DNA from: Neoechinorhynchus agilis
Lineage: Eukaryota; Animalia; Acanthocephala
Length of the DNA: 64,000 bases
Assembly: GCA_051530055.1 (NCBI GenBank)
Contig: CM121342.1
Location: 14,089,480-14,153,479, forward strand
Reading direction: 5' to 3'
Shown here: piece after piece, positions 26,661 to 38,474 of the stretch
How the letters are laid out: each line of letters begins with the position of its first letter
Position numbering within the stretch: position 1 is the first letter of the stretch
The notes under the pieces: model-generated
What the model was told of the DNA's origin: nothing
The model's input: only the letters and a program-made list of their open reading frames with translations
Databases searched by the model: none
Translations under genes and position numbers: made by a program

Positions 26661-27399
26661 ATTCGAATGTCGCGGCAGGATCACCTTTAGCGTTAGGCGG
26701 AGATTGAAGAAATGTACAATGACTTCCAAGACACATTACCACCCTGACCTGCCTTTTAGAACCAAAGAAATCCGACGAGACGGACGAAATATTGTGATAG
26801 GACAATAATAAACCAATCTCTTTATCATCAAACAAAATAAATCCATGAACAACTTTACAATAAAAGAATACTGTTACAGCAGCGAAGCCGCTAAACGGAA
26901 AGAGCGGCGTCATAGAAGCCGAAAAGTTGGGAAGGCAAACAAAGTAACGGAAGTCATAGTTTTGTACGGTAACAAAAGGCGGCCTTGATGATATACTGGA
27001 TGGAATCATAGTGGATTTCGGCGAATTGCTAATTAATGAAAAAAGTAAGAGATTCCATTGCCTTAGAAAGTAATGTGAGGGTCGCAAAATACGAATAGCG
27101 ACTTTCGTCAGGCTCGTTAAAGCTGCAGTGTAATCACTTCGTTGTTCGACGTCCTGTTTTTTGCTGGACGCTATTAAGTGTCTGCAAATCGCAGTCCAAA
27201 GTAACCTGAAGTGCTTATTTCACATAACGAAGAATGTCAACCGCGTCTGCAATGTGAGGGAAGTATTGTTGGCCTATATTAATCATTTGACTTTAAGAAT
27301 GAAAATCAGAGTCTTCTTATGTTCTATTTTTTCGCTTATTTCTCTGCTATAAATCGCGATGTTCAATTTATGATTGATTCCTTTTAGGGTTTTACAATT

Positions 27400-27960
27400 A
27401 ATGGACATCCCGCTCCTTAATGAAGAAAGTAAAGGATTCCCTTATTTTCGAGCTTTCGAAGCGTTTTATTCGTACAAAAGATTTTCTTTTTCTTTATCAT
27501 CGCAGCAGCCGTCTAAGTGTCAATTCAAAAACAAAACTTGATCTAATATATGAGCACTCTGACCGAACATCAGTTTAACGACATACTAGATATCGTCACA
27601 AATATCATTTCGTCAACCATATACCAATGTATAAGTAAACTGGACTAATTAAACGAAGCTTTCAAACGACCGGTGCAGTTATGTTTCGATCCTAAAAATG
27701 ATTTGTTTTCGCGATACTGCTTGAGTAACTGTCGCCAGACCAAATCGCAATCAGTTGGTCAGTAGTAAGAGGGATGTACCTTTCAAGGTCACTCAGTTCT
27801 GGAACATAAGAAGCTAATATGGCGTTTGTCGCTAGTCTCTATATCTCATTCGTTCGCCAGAGAATTCTAGAAAGCCACAACTTGAGTTTAGATGAAGTAT
27901 ACAGCAGAGACCGATCGCTTTAAATAACAAAAATCCAAACAGCGAGCGGTATGCAAGATG
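27400..27960 (+). mobile_element. Highly degenerate Gypsy gag fragment
   Basis: PKNDLFSRYCLSNCRQTKSQSV is homologous to PKNEIFSRYKLSTYRR in the 19.4-kb element. Confidence 0.5.
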
Positions 27961-28139
27961 AGCGAGGCGCACAAATCATTTCCAAGGCTTGCTGGCATTC
28001 AAATGAATCATATAATGAGGTCGCAGGAACAATATACAAGTATTTCTGCTGCATGAAATATTTGCTTCTTTTGCACTAAACCGTTGCATGATCGATACCG
28101 CTTTCCAGCAAGAAACATTTTATGTAATAATCATAACAT

Positions 28140-28690
28140 AGTAAAGTACAAAACGTGCAATCACCACCGTCCGCAAAATTGAAGCTTCTCTCCTTCCTCG
28201 GCTGTCGCTATCACGCTAGCAACATTGCCTCGTTGTACTGCGAGATATTTTGTCGCAGGAAAACACCTGCTCGTGCGTCGCCGGTCGTTTCTCTCAATTT
28301 CTTCGAGAGATCCTGGAGCAGAGTGAGTGCCGAGCTGCCAAGCGCTCCATACATCTCTACTCCGAATGGGACAAAATAGTGGGCCCAAGCTAAATCCCTA
28401 TATTTTCGTACCTTCCTCCCTTCCGCTGCATTGGCTGCACCACCAGCGATTTCGAGAGAATAGGGAATGTTGCTTACTGCGAGGGTGTCCACACACGTTG
28501 CGTCCCAGAGAAGGCATTTGCCCTCCCGCCACGGAAAGATCGAAATTCCGTCAGGTCGACGACCGCCGCCCGAAAGCATCAACCAAAGACCCACATCGAC
28601 AGCGATGGTGCGTGCATGCGGATGGACAGTCCGATCTTCGCTGCTGCCAAGAACTACATTGCGATGTTGGAGCGTCTGAAGGGTCACGAA
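28140..28690 (-). mobile_element. 3' end of a CRE-like non-LTR retrotransposon (restriction-like endonuclease domain)
   Basis: RRPDGISIFPWREGKCLLWDATCVDTLA..AGGAANAAEGRKVRKY..FVPFGVEMYGALG..TGDARAGVFLRQ has the PD-(D/E)xK-type pattern typical of CRE-clade elements. Confidence 0.75.
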
Positions 28691-28799
28691 CAACGGATTC
28701 AGTTCCTCCTGCCGTCATGAATCTCCTGTGAACCTCCACTCCACTCGCATTGCAGATTACACCCTGAAGAAGCCGTTGGACGGCGAAAGCTTGGTGTTT

Positions 28800-29110
28800 T
28801 AATAAAATATATCTTTCAGTCGGATTGTCTATCAAACAATCATCACTAGAAAACATGCGGCTGAACAACCAAGCAGCGCTTAGTAATCTTAGTGTCAAAA
28901 CCTTGAAGAACCGGAAGGCCGAGACGTTGGTCTCCCTCAGTTTCTCGACGAATTCCCTTGAATTCTTCACGCTGGTAGCTACTTGTGATGTTGCCTCTGT
29001 CAAGCACCTAACTAAGAACTTTCTTAAATCGTAATTGAAACTGCCATTCATTGATATGATTGGCTTCAGAGGGTATCCTTCTTTGTGTATTTTTGGCAGC
29101 CTGGCTTAGC
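28800..29110 (-). mobile_element. Penelope-like element reverse transcriptase fragment
   Basis: PKIHKEGYPLKPIISMNGSFNYDLRKFL..TSVKNSREFVEKL is the characteristic start of the PLE RT. Confidence 0.68.
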
Positions 29111-29622
29111 CATCCATTCTCTTTGCCCTTCTTCAGAAGTTTTATAAGCTTGTTGATCAGCTTATAAGCAGACAGCAGATTTACACATTTCGTGCGTTCC
29201 CGAACCCTTCCTAATTCTTAAGAAGACAATGGAAAGGTCATTAGTAGTTGCAAAAATATGTTATATGGTCACGTTATGATGTTCTGGTGATTTAGGCGGA
29301 TTGAATTTTTATATTCTATACTCTAGCGTCTGAATTGTTTAAGATAAAAGATATAGACAATTTATTGTAGTCTTTTTGTGGATTCTTTGCATTGAAGTAG
29401 ACAAAGAACACGGAAATAGAGTAAATCATTGCTACGCTTTTGGAGGGATATGCGAACCGTTTCCATTAACTATGGTTACTAATGGCGCCAACCATGGAAG
29501 GTCAACGTTCGTACTCGGAGTACTTTGGCTCTCTGTTAATGTCCCATTTAGAAATAAGAACTATTTGAGTAGAGAAATAACTTAGACATTGATGTTTTTC
29601 GAATTCAAAAGCAAATTAACTC

Positions 29623-30730
29623 TCACAACTCATCGTGAGGCGGTGTGGTTGACAGAGAGCGAATGAGACCATCGATGAATAGTTGAGGATGAGCCAGCAT
29701 TTCCTCAATAGACAACTTTCCATCTTTGTTATCATCAGCCTCTGCGATTAAATGGTGAGACTCCGCTTCAATTGGATCGTAGTTGTCGGGAAAAAACATT
29801 TCCTTCACTTCTTTTTTGTCTAGCTTACCATCCTTATTTTGGTCACTATATAGATATTGATTAAAAAAATTAACAAAAATTAAAATGTGTACGTACCGAT
29901 GATCGAAAAATTGGCTTTTCTCTGACTTTATCCAATTCTCGTCGATGTTTTCATTTCGCTGACCGTAGAATTCGGAGATGTATTCGTCAAAATCGACGAA
30001 ACCTAACAAGCAGTTAAGTTAGAATTCTTCAAGCAAGACGAACCGTCTTTGTTTTTGTCCATATCAGCGAAGATTTCGTCCACTAAAATGTGTTTGGTCG
30101 CATTGCTCGCACTAGGGCTCACGAAATACAAAAACTCTTGTCTGCTCAATTTTTCGTCTCCATTAAGGTCGGCACCGCTGAATCTGATTTTGTCTCTAAT
30201 CATGTACTTTTCGCCATTAGCCTTTGTATCTTTGTCAATACTGCTATCGTTTAAATAAGAGTAAGTGCTGTTTAAAATCATATCCCAAGTAACAAAAGTT
30301 TCGTTTGCTTGGCACAAATTTAGCCACGTTTGATTCACAGTGAACTCAGTGAGTTCCATATCCATAAGCTTGAGTCTCTCGTACATTTCATGGAAGCTGA
30401 GAAATCCGTCTTGGTCCTTGTCTGTCGCATTGAATAAGAATTGAAGGGTTTTAGTTCGTTCCTTTGGATCGGGTTCGTTTGTCTTAGGTAATATGAGTGC
30501 CGAATCCTTAACTTGAGTAACCTAAGAGTTCGCAAAACAATAGGCCGAAAAGGATTTGGACACTGTTCATGAGCAGTTCCCATAAATTTGGCCTGGTCGT
30601 AGCCGAAATCGTGTTGATCGGCGTGAACATGGTTCATGTGATCATGCTTCGACGTTGCGGTCATTAGGCATGGCAAAGTAGCCAAAAATACGATAATTGG
30701 CAAGGAAATAGCAGTACCGAACGGATTCAT
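29623..30730 (-). CDS. CREC-family EF-hand ER protein (calumenin/reticulocalbin), 3 short introns, C-terminal HDEL
   Basis: A signal peptide follows MNPFG. The protein has a YDQAKFMG motif and multiple EF-hands (DKDQDGFLSFHE, DLNGDEKLSRQE, DKNKDGFVDFDE, DQNKDGKLDKKE, DDNKDGKLSIEE) and ends in PPHDEL. Confidence 0.93.
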
Positions 30731-30994
30731 CAGAGTCGCAAAAGAGAGCGCGTTGAGGCGAAGTGTAAACGAGGAACCACTTGGCATGGAAGCGAAAGCA
30801 TCAGCTGCTAAGAAGTGGTTCGTGCATAATATGCGAGCGCGACAGTCTAGCATTGCTGCATTAGCTGCAGGAATGAAAGCTGACTAATGGCATGTCGTTA
30901 AAAAAAGAAGCACAAAAATGGCAAATAATGAATCGCCACAGGAAATGCATGGGAATAAGGTATCTTGCTTAATGGTAACTCTTTTTAGTTGTTA

Positions 30995-31449
30995 GATTTA
31001 TTGTTTAGGTCTTCATCCGGTAAATACTTTTTATTAAAAACGTTTGAAACCTCGAGATTGGATTTACTTTTTCAAGAAGTGTTATTTAGGTCTTTACCCT
31101 GTAAACAAATTTTTAACGAAGACGTGTCGAACCTCGTCGAGTTCACAATCAGTTCTAAAAAACGAGGTGAAATGTCGATATGTGAGGAGGTACCGGTGAG
31201 TATACGATTAGAATCATTGTTTAGGAGTCTTTACCCGGTAAATAATTTTTTATTAATGATGTCCCGCGAACATCGCAGGATTCATCAACAGTTTGTCTGG
31301 AGAGGTGAAATGCATTCCTCGCGTCTTTAAGAATGGACGATGAACCCGACGAGAGTTGAAACGTCTTTAATAAAAAATTCTTAACTGGGTAAGGACTTCT
31401 AAACAATAATTCTAATCATATACTCAGGTACCTCCTCACATATCGACAT
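30995..31449. repeat. Tandem and inverted copies of a family A hammerhead-like pLTR cassette; foldback at 31172-31449
   Basis: About 85-bp inverted arms (ATGTCGATATGTGAGGAGGTACC... and ...GGTACCTCCTCACATATCGACAT) are preceded by two partial tandem copies. The core GATGAACCCGACGAGGTTCGAAACGTC is shared with 60283-60459. Confidence 0.85.
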
Positions 31450-32190
31450 CTTTAAGTTGTGTTTGTGAGCTTCGTTAAAATACCTAAACACGGGCACATT
31501 TCTTTGCAAAACCGATAATCTTTTGAATCCCAAAATAACCCCATTTATGAACTAGACCATAGAGTAACGATGCGCTTTTATTCAAAACCTACGAAGTCGA
31601 CATTGAGGAGCATTATTATAGGCAACTTACACACTTGAATACAAATTCAAATCTATTTTACCACGAGCCCGCTGAGATGTTCAAAGTATGCTGCGCAGTA
31701 ACCTCGAAGACCCGCGCAGCAGCATAAAACTATTTTTCTTCTCAATTCCTCTTTCAACGCCCTACTCTCTTAAAACTCTGCTAATTATCTTGGTACAACA
31801 GCTCATTGGAGTTATTCGGTGTAGGTTTTTAATGTAGTTGGAAGCAACTTTGACAACGATGCTATTATGAGGTTCATCATCCGTTATTGTGAAATGTCTC
31901 ATCACAAAGTTTTTTTCAGGATTATGCCAAATTGTGATGAGAATACCTCCACAAAAGTCTATGAACAGTATGCCGACTTCATATTTTTGATCGCCGTGAG
32001 TTATGCCTTGAAGAATAGAGACAGTATTGTCGTTTCTGCTAGATATTTGTGGCAGTTTTCAAGCCTCTAATGCTTACTGTGGTCGTGTCTTCAACTAAAT
32101 CCAGAAACCGACTACACATTTCTTATCATCTTATAGTCGAATTAATCTAAATGAAGTTTACAATCATTAAATTACACAAAAACATCTGCC

Positions 32191-32714
32191 ACCCATTCCA
32201 ATTGCCGAATCCGGAGATTACGGCATCGTTATTTTTCGTCACTACCTCCCCAATCTGGGATTGGGTAATTTGCGCGCCTGCTGCCTTCCTTGGATGTGAC
32301 AGCCGTTTCTCATGCTCTCTCTCCGGAATCGAACCCTGATTCCCCGTTACCCGTTACGACCATGGTAGTCGTATAAACTACCAACGATAGTTGATAGGGA
32401 AGACACTTGAAAGACACGTCGCCTGCCTAATAAGGCAATGCAATCAGCATACTTTACCCAGAGTCAACACAATCTGACGCCTTAAGACGTCATTGGCTTT
32501 GATCTAATAAAAGCACTTCTCCGCAAGTCGAAGCTATGTGGCGTGTATTAGCTCTAGATTTTCCACAGTTATCCATATCTGATTCGCATGATCCAATAAA
32601 CCATGACTTATTTAATGAGCCATTCGCGGTTTCAACCGTATAAAGTATGAACTTGCACATGCATGGCTTAATCTTTGAGACGAGCATATAATTACTGGCA
32701 CGATCAACCAGATA
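32191..32714 (-). rRNA. 18S rRNA: Isolated 5' fragment (about 524 nt) of 18S rRNA, probably an rDNA pseudogene
   Basis: The minus strand reads TATCTGGTTGATCGTGCCAGTAATTATATGCTCGTCTCAAAGATTAAGCCATGCATG...GAAGGCAGCAGGCGCGCAAATTACCCAAT...GTAGTGACGAAAAATAAC. Homology stops after AATTGGAATGGGT. Confidence 0.96.
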
Positions 32715-33049
32715 TCAACCATTCATCACTACACTTAAATCGCACTTGCTATTTTAGCAATAGTGCATCCGTGAACCAAATCGTGGTAACAAAAACTAAC
32801 GTGATTGCTACCGTCCACAATCTAGTGGAGGTCGAATAATAACAACCCCCGCTGATACTTTCCCGACAATGCTTCTAGTTGTCGCGGACCGCCTGTCCTA
32901 TGCTTTGCCTTGAGAGGGACCCCGATGGAGGGAGTCCCTCATGTATACCCAGGTTTTGAACTCCGTTCAACACATTTACATTGCCGAGAAATCAACCATT
33001 GGTTAATTTCAACTCTTATGTCTAAACATTATAGCAAAGAGGTGTAATT

Positions 33050-33690
33050 ATCGACCACATAACACAAAAACGATCGCAGGGTCTTTTAAATTCGAAAGAG
33101 TGGAGTTTGTTTTGGTGGTGCAACAAACGATATCATCCATTCGATTATGAGGACAAGAGTTGAAGTTCGATTGTACACCAATAAAGAGATAATCCTCTTC
33201 AACACGTTTAAGAAGAAGGGACCCAATGATCCGCCACGTGGCGTGTATAAAATACGGTGAACTCAGTGTGGCAAGGTGTACATCGGCCAAACAATGCAGG
33301 GCATTCCAAAGAGAGTCAACCAACATAAACAGGCCTGTTGTCGTTTTGATCATTCATCCGCCACATAGATTTTGATAAGGCGAAGTTGATTGAGAAGGAG
33401 CAAAATCTTGATGGCGTCTTGTGCTTCTGTGGCCAACACAATGGAAGGCAACAAAGCGAACTTCAGTAAAATCAATAGAAAACGCCACACAGTGCAGGGG
33501 TTACGAGCGAACATATTCTAGCCCCAAACTTACTAATGGTGTACCTGTTAACCCGAGCTGACAAGGGTAAACAAATGAATGAAACTATTACAAAACTTTT
33601 TAGATGACTGACGAGGCGAGGTTTCCTTCGGAAATATTTCATGACAATAAAAAATCTTTAACCGGGATTATGTTCACCACCCTCCAATTA
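33050..33690 (+). mobile_element. Penelope-like element 3' end: GIY-YIG endonuclease plus 3' pLTR with a hammerhead-like motif
   Basis: It encodes GVYKIR*TQCGKVYIGQTMQGIPKRVNQHKQAC. Downstream, at 33604-33642, is ATGA-CTGACGA-GGCGAGGTTTCCTTCG-GAAATATT-TCAT, followed by AATAAA. Confidence 0.82.
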
Positions 33691-34195
33691 GACACAATGT
33701 TCGACTGGTACAATTCCTGAAACGATAGAAAATTAATGGAGGTTTATTCACAAAAATTGCTTTCCTTGGGGTTAATTGGACTTCTGAGGAGATTTATAAC
33801 CATATGAATGATTCAACGTTTTTAGGATTTTGTCGCTTGCACAAGCAACGATATAGCTGTCCTATAAAGATACTAGGTTATTCTAAGTGCAGACAATTCA
33901 AAATGGAGAATTACTGCACAAACTTCATAATGTCAGGCACGTTTGTTAATATAGTTTTAGAAAGAAACTCAGAAAAATGATTGCAGTAATTGCCCTTATT
34001 TACTGAAAAATAGCCTTTAACAAGGACGCTGTTTATGCATAACCGCCACACAGATCGAAAGCGAGTTTTGCATGAGCTATTCTTCACCAAGAGCAAAGGA
34101 TCTCTAAACATCGTTTCCTTCAGCCTTCAAATTTCGATCATTTAAGCACGACAATAGGATTTATTTTTCTATCTATTAACTGAGGGAACGTAAAA

Positions 34196-34867
34196 TTATT
34201 CAGTTCTTGAATGATCGGATTTGCTACATCTAGGATCACTCACGCTTTTTCCATTCAGTCGCGATTTAACTTTAGACTTTCCTCGGATTGGTTGAACGGC
34301 GCATGTCAAGGGAAATGGTGTTGGTACTCGCTTTGGCATTGCCCTCGGTTCACGAGTATATAAGTTATGAGTTTCGACACGGTACTCCATTGGTATTCGC
34401 TTGGTACATTGGCTTTGCCGAACGGACGAGCTCTGGTCAATTTTCATTTCCTGATTAATCAGCGGTTTTGCGGTATACACATCCAGTATAGTCGAATCAT
34501 CTGAACTACTAATGCCATTATCTTGATAATTGTTCCATTTAGCAACTGATTGCAAATGTCTCAATCTTGGATTGTTGTACCCTGGAAAATACATCAAAGG
34601 AATTGTACTCGTCCATGTAAATGGGTAATACATGTAAGGTAAATACGCCTTCCAGACTGGCACCATATAAGGAACTGTTTGAAGTGGTACCTGAAATAGA
34701 TTCGGATTATTATGAGGAATTATACGCCCGCTTGGAATCATTGAACTGTTTGTGAAGACTGATTGGTTTAAGGGCATAGTATGGCCGATAAAATATTGCA
34801 CATTGGACGACTGACCAGGAGACTGTTCGTATTCACGTTTCCTTGCCTTAAAGCATTTAAGCCACAT
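34196..34867 (-). CDS. Orphan intronless ORF, about 223 aa, with a Pro/Tyr/Met-rich central region
   Basis: The frame is open for about 700 bp in AT-rich DNA, with the first ATG at 34867 (MWLKCFKARK). No recognisable domain. Confidence 0.55.
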   Translation of the reverse strand: MWLKCFKARKREYEQSPGQSSNVQYFIGHTMPLNQSVFTNSSMIPSGRIIPHNNPNLFQVPLQTVPYMVPVWKAYLPYMYYPFTWTSTIPLMYFPGYNNPRLRHLQSVAKWNNYQDNGISSSDDSTILDVYTAKPLINQEMKIDQSSSVRQSQCTKRIPMEYRVETHNLYTREPRAMPKRVPTPFPLTCAVQPIRGKSKVKSRLNGKSVSDPRCSKSDHSRTE

Positions 34868-35274
34868 TTCTCGATCATCCTTAGGTGGATAAGTCACTTC
34901 GACTTATGTGCTTTTGAGTTAGCGCAAACAAATGTCAATTGTCATTTCATGTTTATTGTTTTGTATTTACCATTTTAGCTATTGATTACAATACTTAGGA
35001 ATAAACGTTATGAAATTTTAAACGGGCATATACGGCTCGAATTTTGAATGAGGTATGTCATCGAAAAATTCCTACTAGTGCGAATTAAAAATATAGCGAG
35101 GAAGTGATATGAAAGTTTTAAAAAACTTCGAGTCTCGATCGGAAGCGTGCCTAAACATACGACTTAATGTAACTGATCACTATTTTTTTATTTGCCCTTG
35201 GTCTGATAAGACTAAACCGTATCCTGTCCTAAATACATCAGTATTGATCACAATCGCCACATTTTGTCTGGTGC

Positions 35275-38215
35275 TTACTTTGATTTGAATAGCAAACATC
35301 CATAATCGCACAAAAACTTTAAAATGGGTTCTTTGTCAACACGACAAGAACTTTGCCTCAGCAACGTTACTAATACATCAGATAGGACGTCATACCGTTT
35401 GCTTTCGACTAATATATCAATAAGCTTTAGAGATAGTTCAAATGCACTTTCGATTTGAATATTCCAGAGATCACACAATTGCTTACATATTTCTGTTGAT
35501 GATGGCAACTGTTGAAGGAGATGACTTAGGGGAGAAATGATTACTTCTTCAAGACCTATTATTTGTGACTGATTTGGATCAATCGCACGAGATTCTGGTT
35601 GACTGACGTGAGGGACGGATGAATAAAACGTACGGTTTTCATTGTCTTCGGTTTCCTTTAAGAGGATCGTAATGCCACGCAAATCACTTACCAGACAATG
35701 AGTGGCCAAGAAGACTATATCCTTGTGGAATAGGTTTGATCAATAACGACTGCTGAATGGAAAGTGGCCTCTCTTGTTTAAAAATCGCTTCTTTAATGAA
35801 TAACAATAGAATGAAACCGTCGTTTTACGCTATAAACTATGGTTTAAGCATTTTGTGGCATGTAATTATTTGGGACTACTAGAAAATACTGTAATGTAAT
35901 TTTCAAACATATTTGCATAAATTCACAATTGAATGTTAAATAGAAATGAAACCCTCATTGTCGCATTTACGAGATTTGGTAAAATTGGCACTCAGTGTCT
36001 GTACAGGCACTTGACTTAGTTTTTCGTCCCTTTTTATACACAACTGAACCTTTCTACTGATGTACCCGGGATCTTTTGATGCTTTAATAAGACTGCTACC
36101 CGATACTTCTTCCACTCGTCCCAATCCCATATATTTTTGAGTAACAACAGGAGCTTGAGGATGCCTCTTTCTTAAAGTTACTCTGAGCATTATTTTCTTC
36201 GTTGATTCATAAAGCGCAACATATTGAAGTCGACTGCAAAGTTCAACTGATAGAGAATCAATAAACGTTCTAAATTCACTGTTTGAAACAATACGAACAC
36301 CGTAATTGATTGTAACTGAATGTGTCTTCTTTGGTTCATAACTGGTGAGTTTCATATTGTCCTTTCCCTCGCACATATCCCAAATTCTTGTTTCAAAAGT
36401 CAGTTCAGTTTAGAAGCAGAACCGATTCTTGAAGTACGCCATATTTCTCACCGACAATCGATTTCAATCGCTCTTTTGTTAGGTGCTCTTTTAATGCAGA
36501 ACATGTCAAAGAATGTGAACAAACTGCAGTTTCGATTTTTTCGATCAATGAATATCCAATCCCAGGTAAATCTTTCATCAGTGTTTTATCGAGTAGATCT
36601 TCTTGTCCAAAATAAACACCATTCGGCTTAGCCATTCTAAGGGCCAAACGAGCTAACACTCTACTTTTACCGACTCCCAAGGAACACGTACATCCATTTG
36701 TTGCTTGTTCAATCTGAACCTTTAGATCATTTGCATCTACATTTGCGAACGTGTTCAGTAGAAGAAAATAAAAATAATAGGTTATTTTGGCCAATGCGGA
36801 CTAAAGAAAAATGATTAAATTTTAATTTAATATTTCATCCTCTACGTGGGACTTATTCAGAATTGCTTCAGTGTTTAATTCGCACTTGGAAATAAAATAA
36901 TTTTCTTTATTTCGCCTTGACCAAAACAATATATGAATAACATATTGACAATAATAGGTTAGTTTAACTTGTGATTAAGAGTCGCCGAGCGGTCGTATCT
37001 AAACTAATGTCTAAATGTCGGATTACCAGAGTTGCGCTTCATTAAGGTGTACCAAATTAAGTGAAGTGAACATTGAGTTTTTAAAATGCTTAGGGTGAGA
37101 CTTTTAACCAAAACTGAAATGAATATCCACAACTCTATAGAACTAAGGACGTCCGCATATCGTTCATGGCTAAATTTTGATGCGATACAAAGAATCGCTT
37201 CATCGCAACTAACTGCTTCGACATAGCACGTGTCTAGTTGAGTTCGAGCATAATGAAGTATTCGATCATAGAATGCACGTGAAGTGGTTGAGTAAGCCTC
37301 AAAGTCATATGGAACACACACAAGGTTCGGACATATCTTCATAGCTTGTCCTACCCACATCCCATTGCGAACTCCCTTGAATCTTGCTTCATAACTGCAA
37401 GAAGCAATATCAGCATGAGAATTGTCCTAAAAAGTAAATGTAGCAACAGGAAGTGTTGAAATAGTCTTACATTAGCACGAGACGAATGAGTTACAACAAC
37501 AGGTTTGCCTTTTAAATCTGGATTATCTCTAATGGCCACAGATGCAAAAAAGGAATCAATATCCACGTGAATGTATTGCACAATGGAATCCCTTTTAAAA
37601 ACGATACCATCTTTCTGTTGTTTCGCGTAAACATAATTCTTCATTTCATTGGCCATCGATGATATTAAATGAAGACGTGATTTGGAAAAGAATTCTTTTA
37701 CGAATTCCGGATCAGCAGCTGTAAGCGGTTGATGAATATAATTTCGAAATGCTTCTTTTCGAGAAATCAAATATTTTTGATAAGGTAGTAATCGATTTTG
37801 CCCAATGCTCTCAGTGATCCAAGCCGCCGATACAATGGGCTGCTTAACCGTCCATTGCTGTTGTTTGGAGAATGATAGTTGCGAGGCAATAACATGGGTC
37901 ACTTTGTTGCGACTATAGTAAGTCTCAAAGCAACCACCATGGATCTTCATTAGTCGACGGATTTCAGTAGCGTCCGGGTCTTTGTGATTAAAACTGGTCA
38001 TCAGATCAGCAAATACAACTAACCGGTCATTCCGTTCACATAGACCGATATACCCTTAAATATCTCCGTAACATTTTTGCTGGGTATATTTTGGAATTGC
38101 TCATTTAATTTCGAACGTTTAGTCATCATGTACTCGTCCTTTTCAGCTTCACACCATTACATGGAAGTTCAATTGAGAAAAAACTTACAAATGTCGGATG
38201 TTTTTTCCGATTCAT
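35275..38215 (-). CDS. REV1: REV1 Y-family translesion deoxycytidyl transferase, compact (about 660 aa), 6 introns
   Basis: The spliced N-terminus is MNRKKHPTFDEYMMTKRSKLNEQF. It has a BRCT domain (IFKGISVYVNGMTDPDATEIRRLMKIHGG), SRLHLIS, HVDIDSFFASV, IASCSYEAR, the catalytic SCDE, KDLPGIG, SVTINYGVR, SDLRGI and a C-terminal helical domain. Confidence 0.95.
36824..36866 (-). repeat. Hammerhead-like cassette (family D) inside a REV1 intron
   Basis: CTGAATAAGTCCCACGTAGAGGATGAAATATT matches CTGAATAAGTCCGACGAGAGGGACGAAATATT at 62488-62519. The core has U at the G8 position. Confidence 0.5.
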
Positions 38216-38474
38216 TCTTGAACGATAAGTCTACAAAGCACAGTATATCGACGTACCTCAATCTGGATAATAAAATAGTTACGATAAATTGTCTTCATAA
38301 ATCGAATAAAATGTTATAAGCTAGGGTGCTTTTGGAATTTTTCCGATTCATTCTTGAACGATAAGTCTACAAAGCACAGTATATCGACGTACCTCAATCT
38401 GGATAATAAAATAGTTACGATAAATTGTCTTCATAAATCGAATAAAATGTTATAAGCTAGGGTGCTTTTGGAAT
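38202..38474. repeat. Perfect 136-bp tandem duplication covering the REV1 start codon and upstream region
   Basis: TTCCGATTCATTCTTGAACG...GCTTTTGGAAT begins at 38205 and again at 38341. Confidence 0.97.

Noticed and set aside
26660-27100. 164-aa minus-strand ORF (26593-27087)
   Set aside because: There is no recognisable motif, and it partly overlaps the RTE relic in another frame; it is probably a chance ORF.
30731-30853. In-frame 41-codon upstream extension of the calumenin-like ORF
   Set aside because: The signal peptide follows MNPFG at 30730, and the extension has no support beyond being open.
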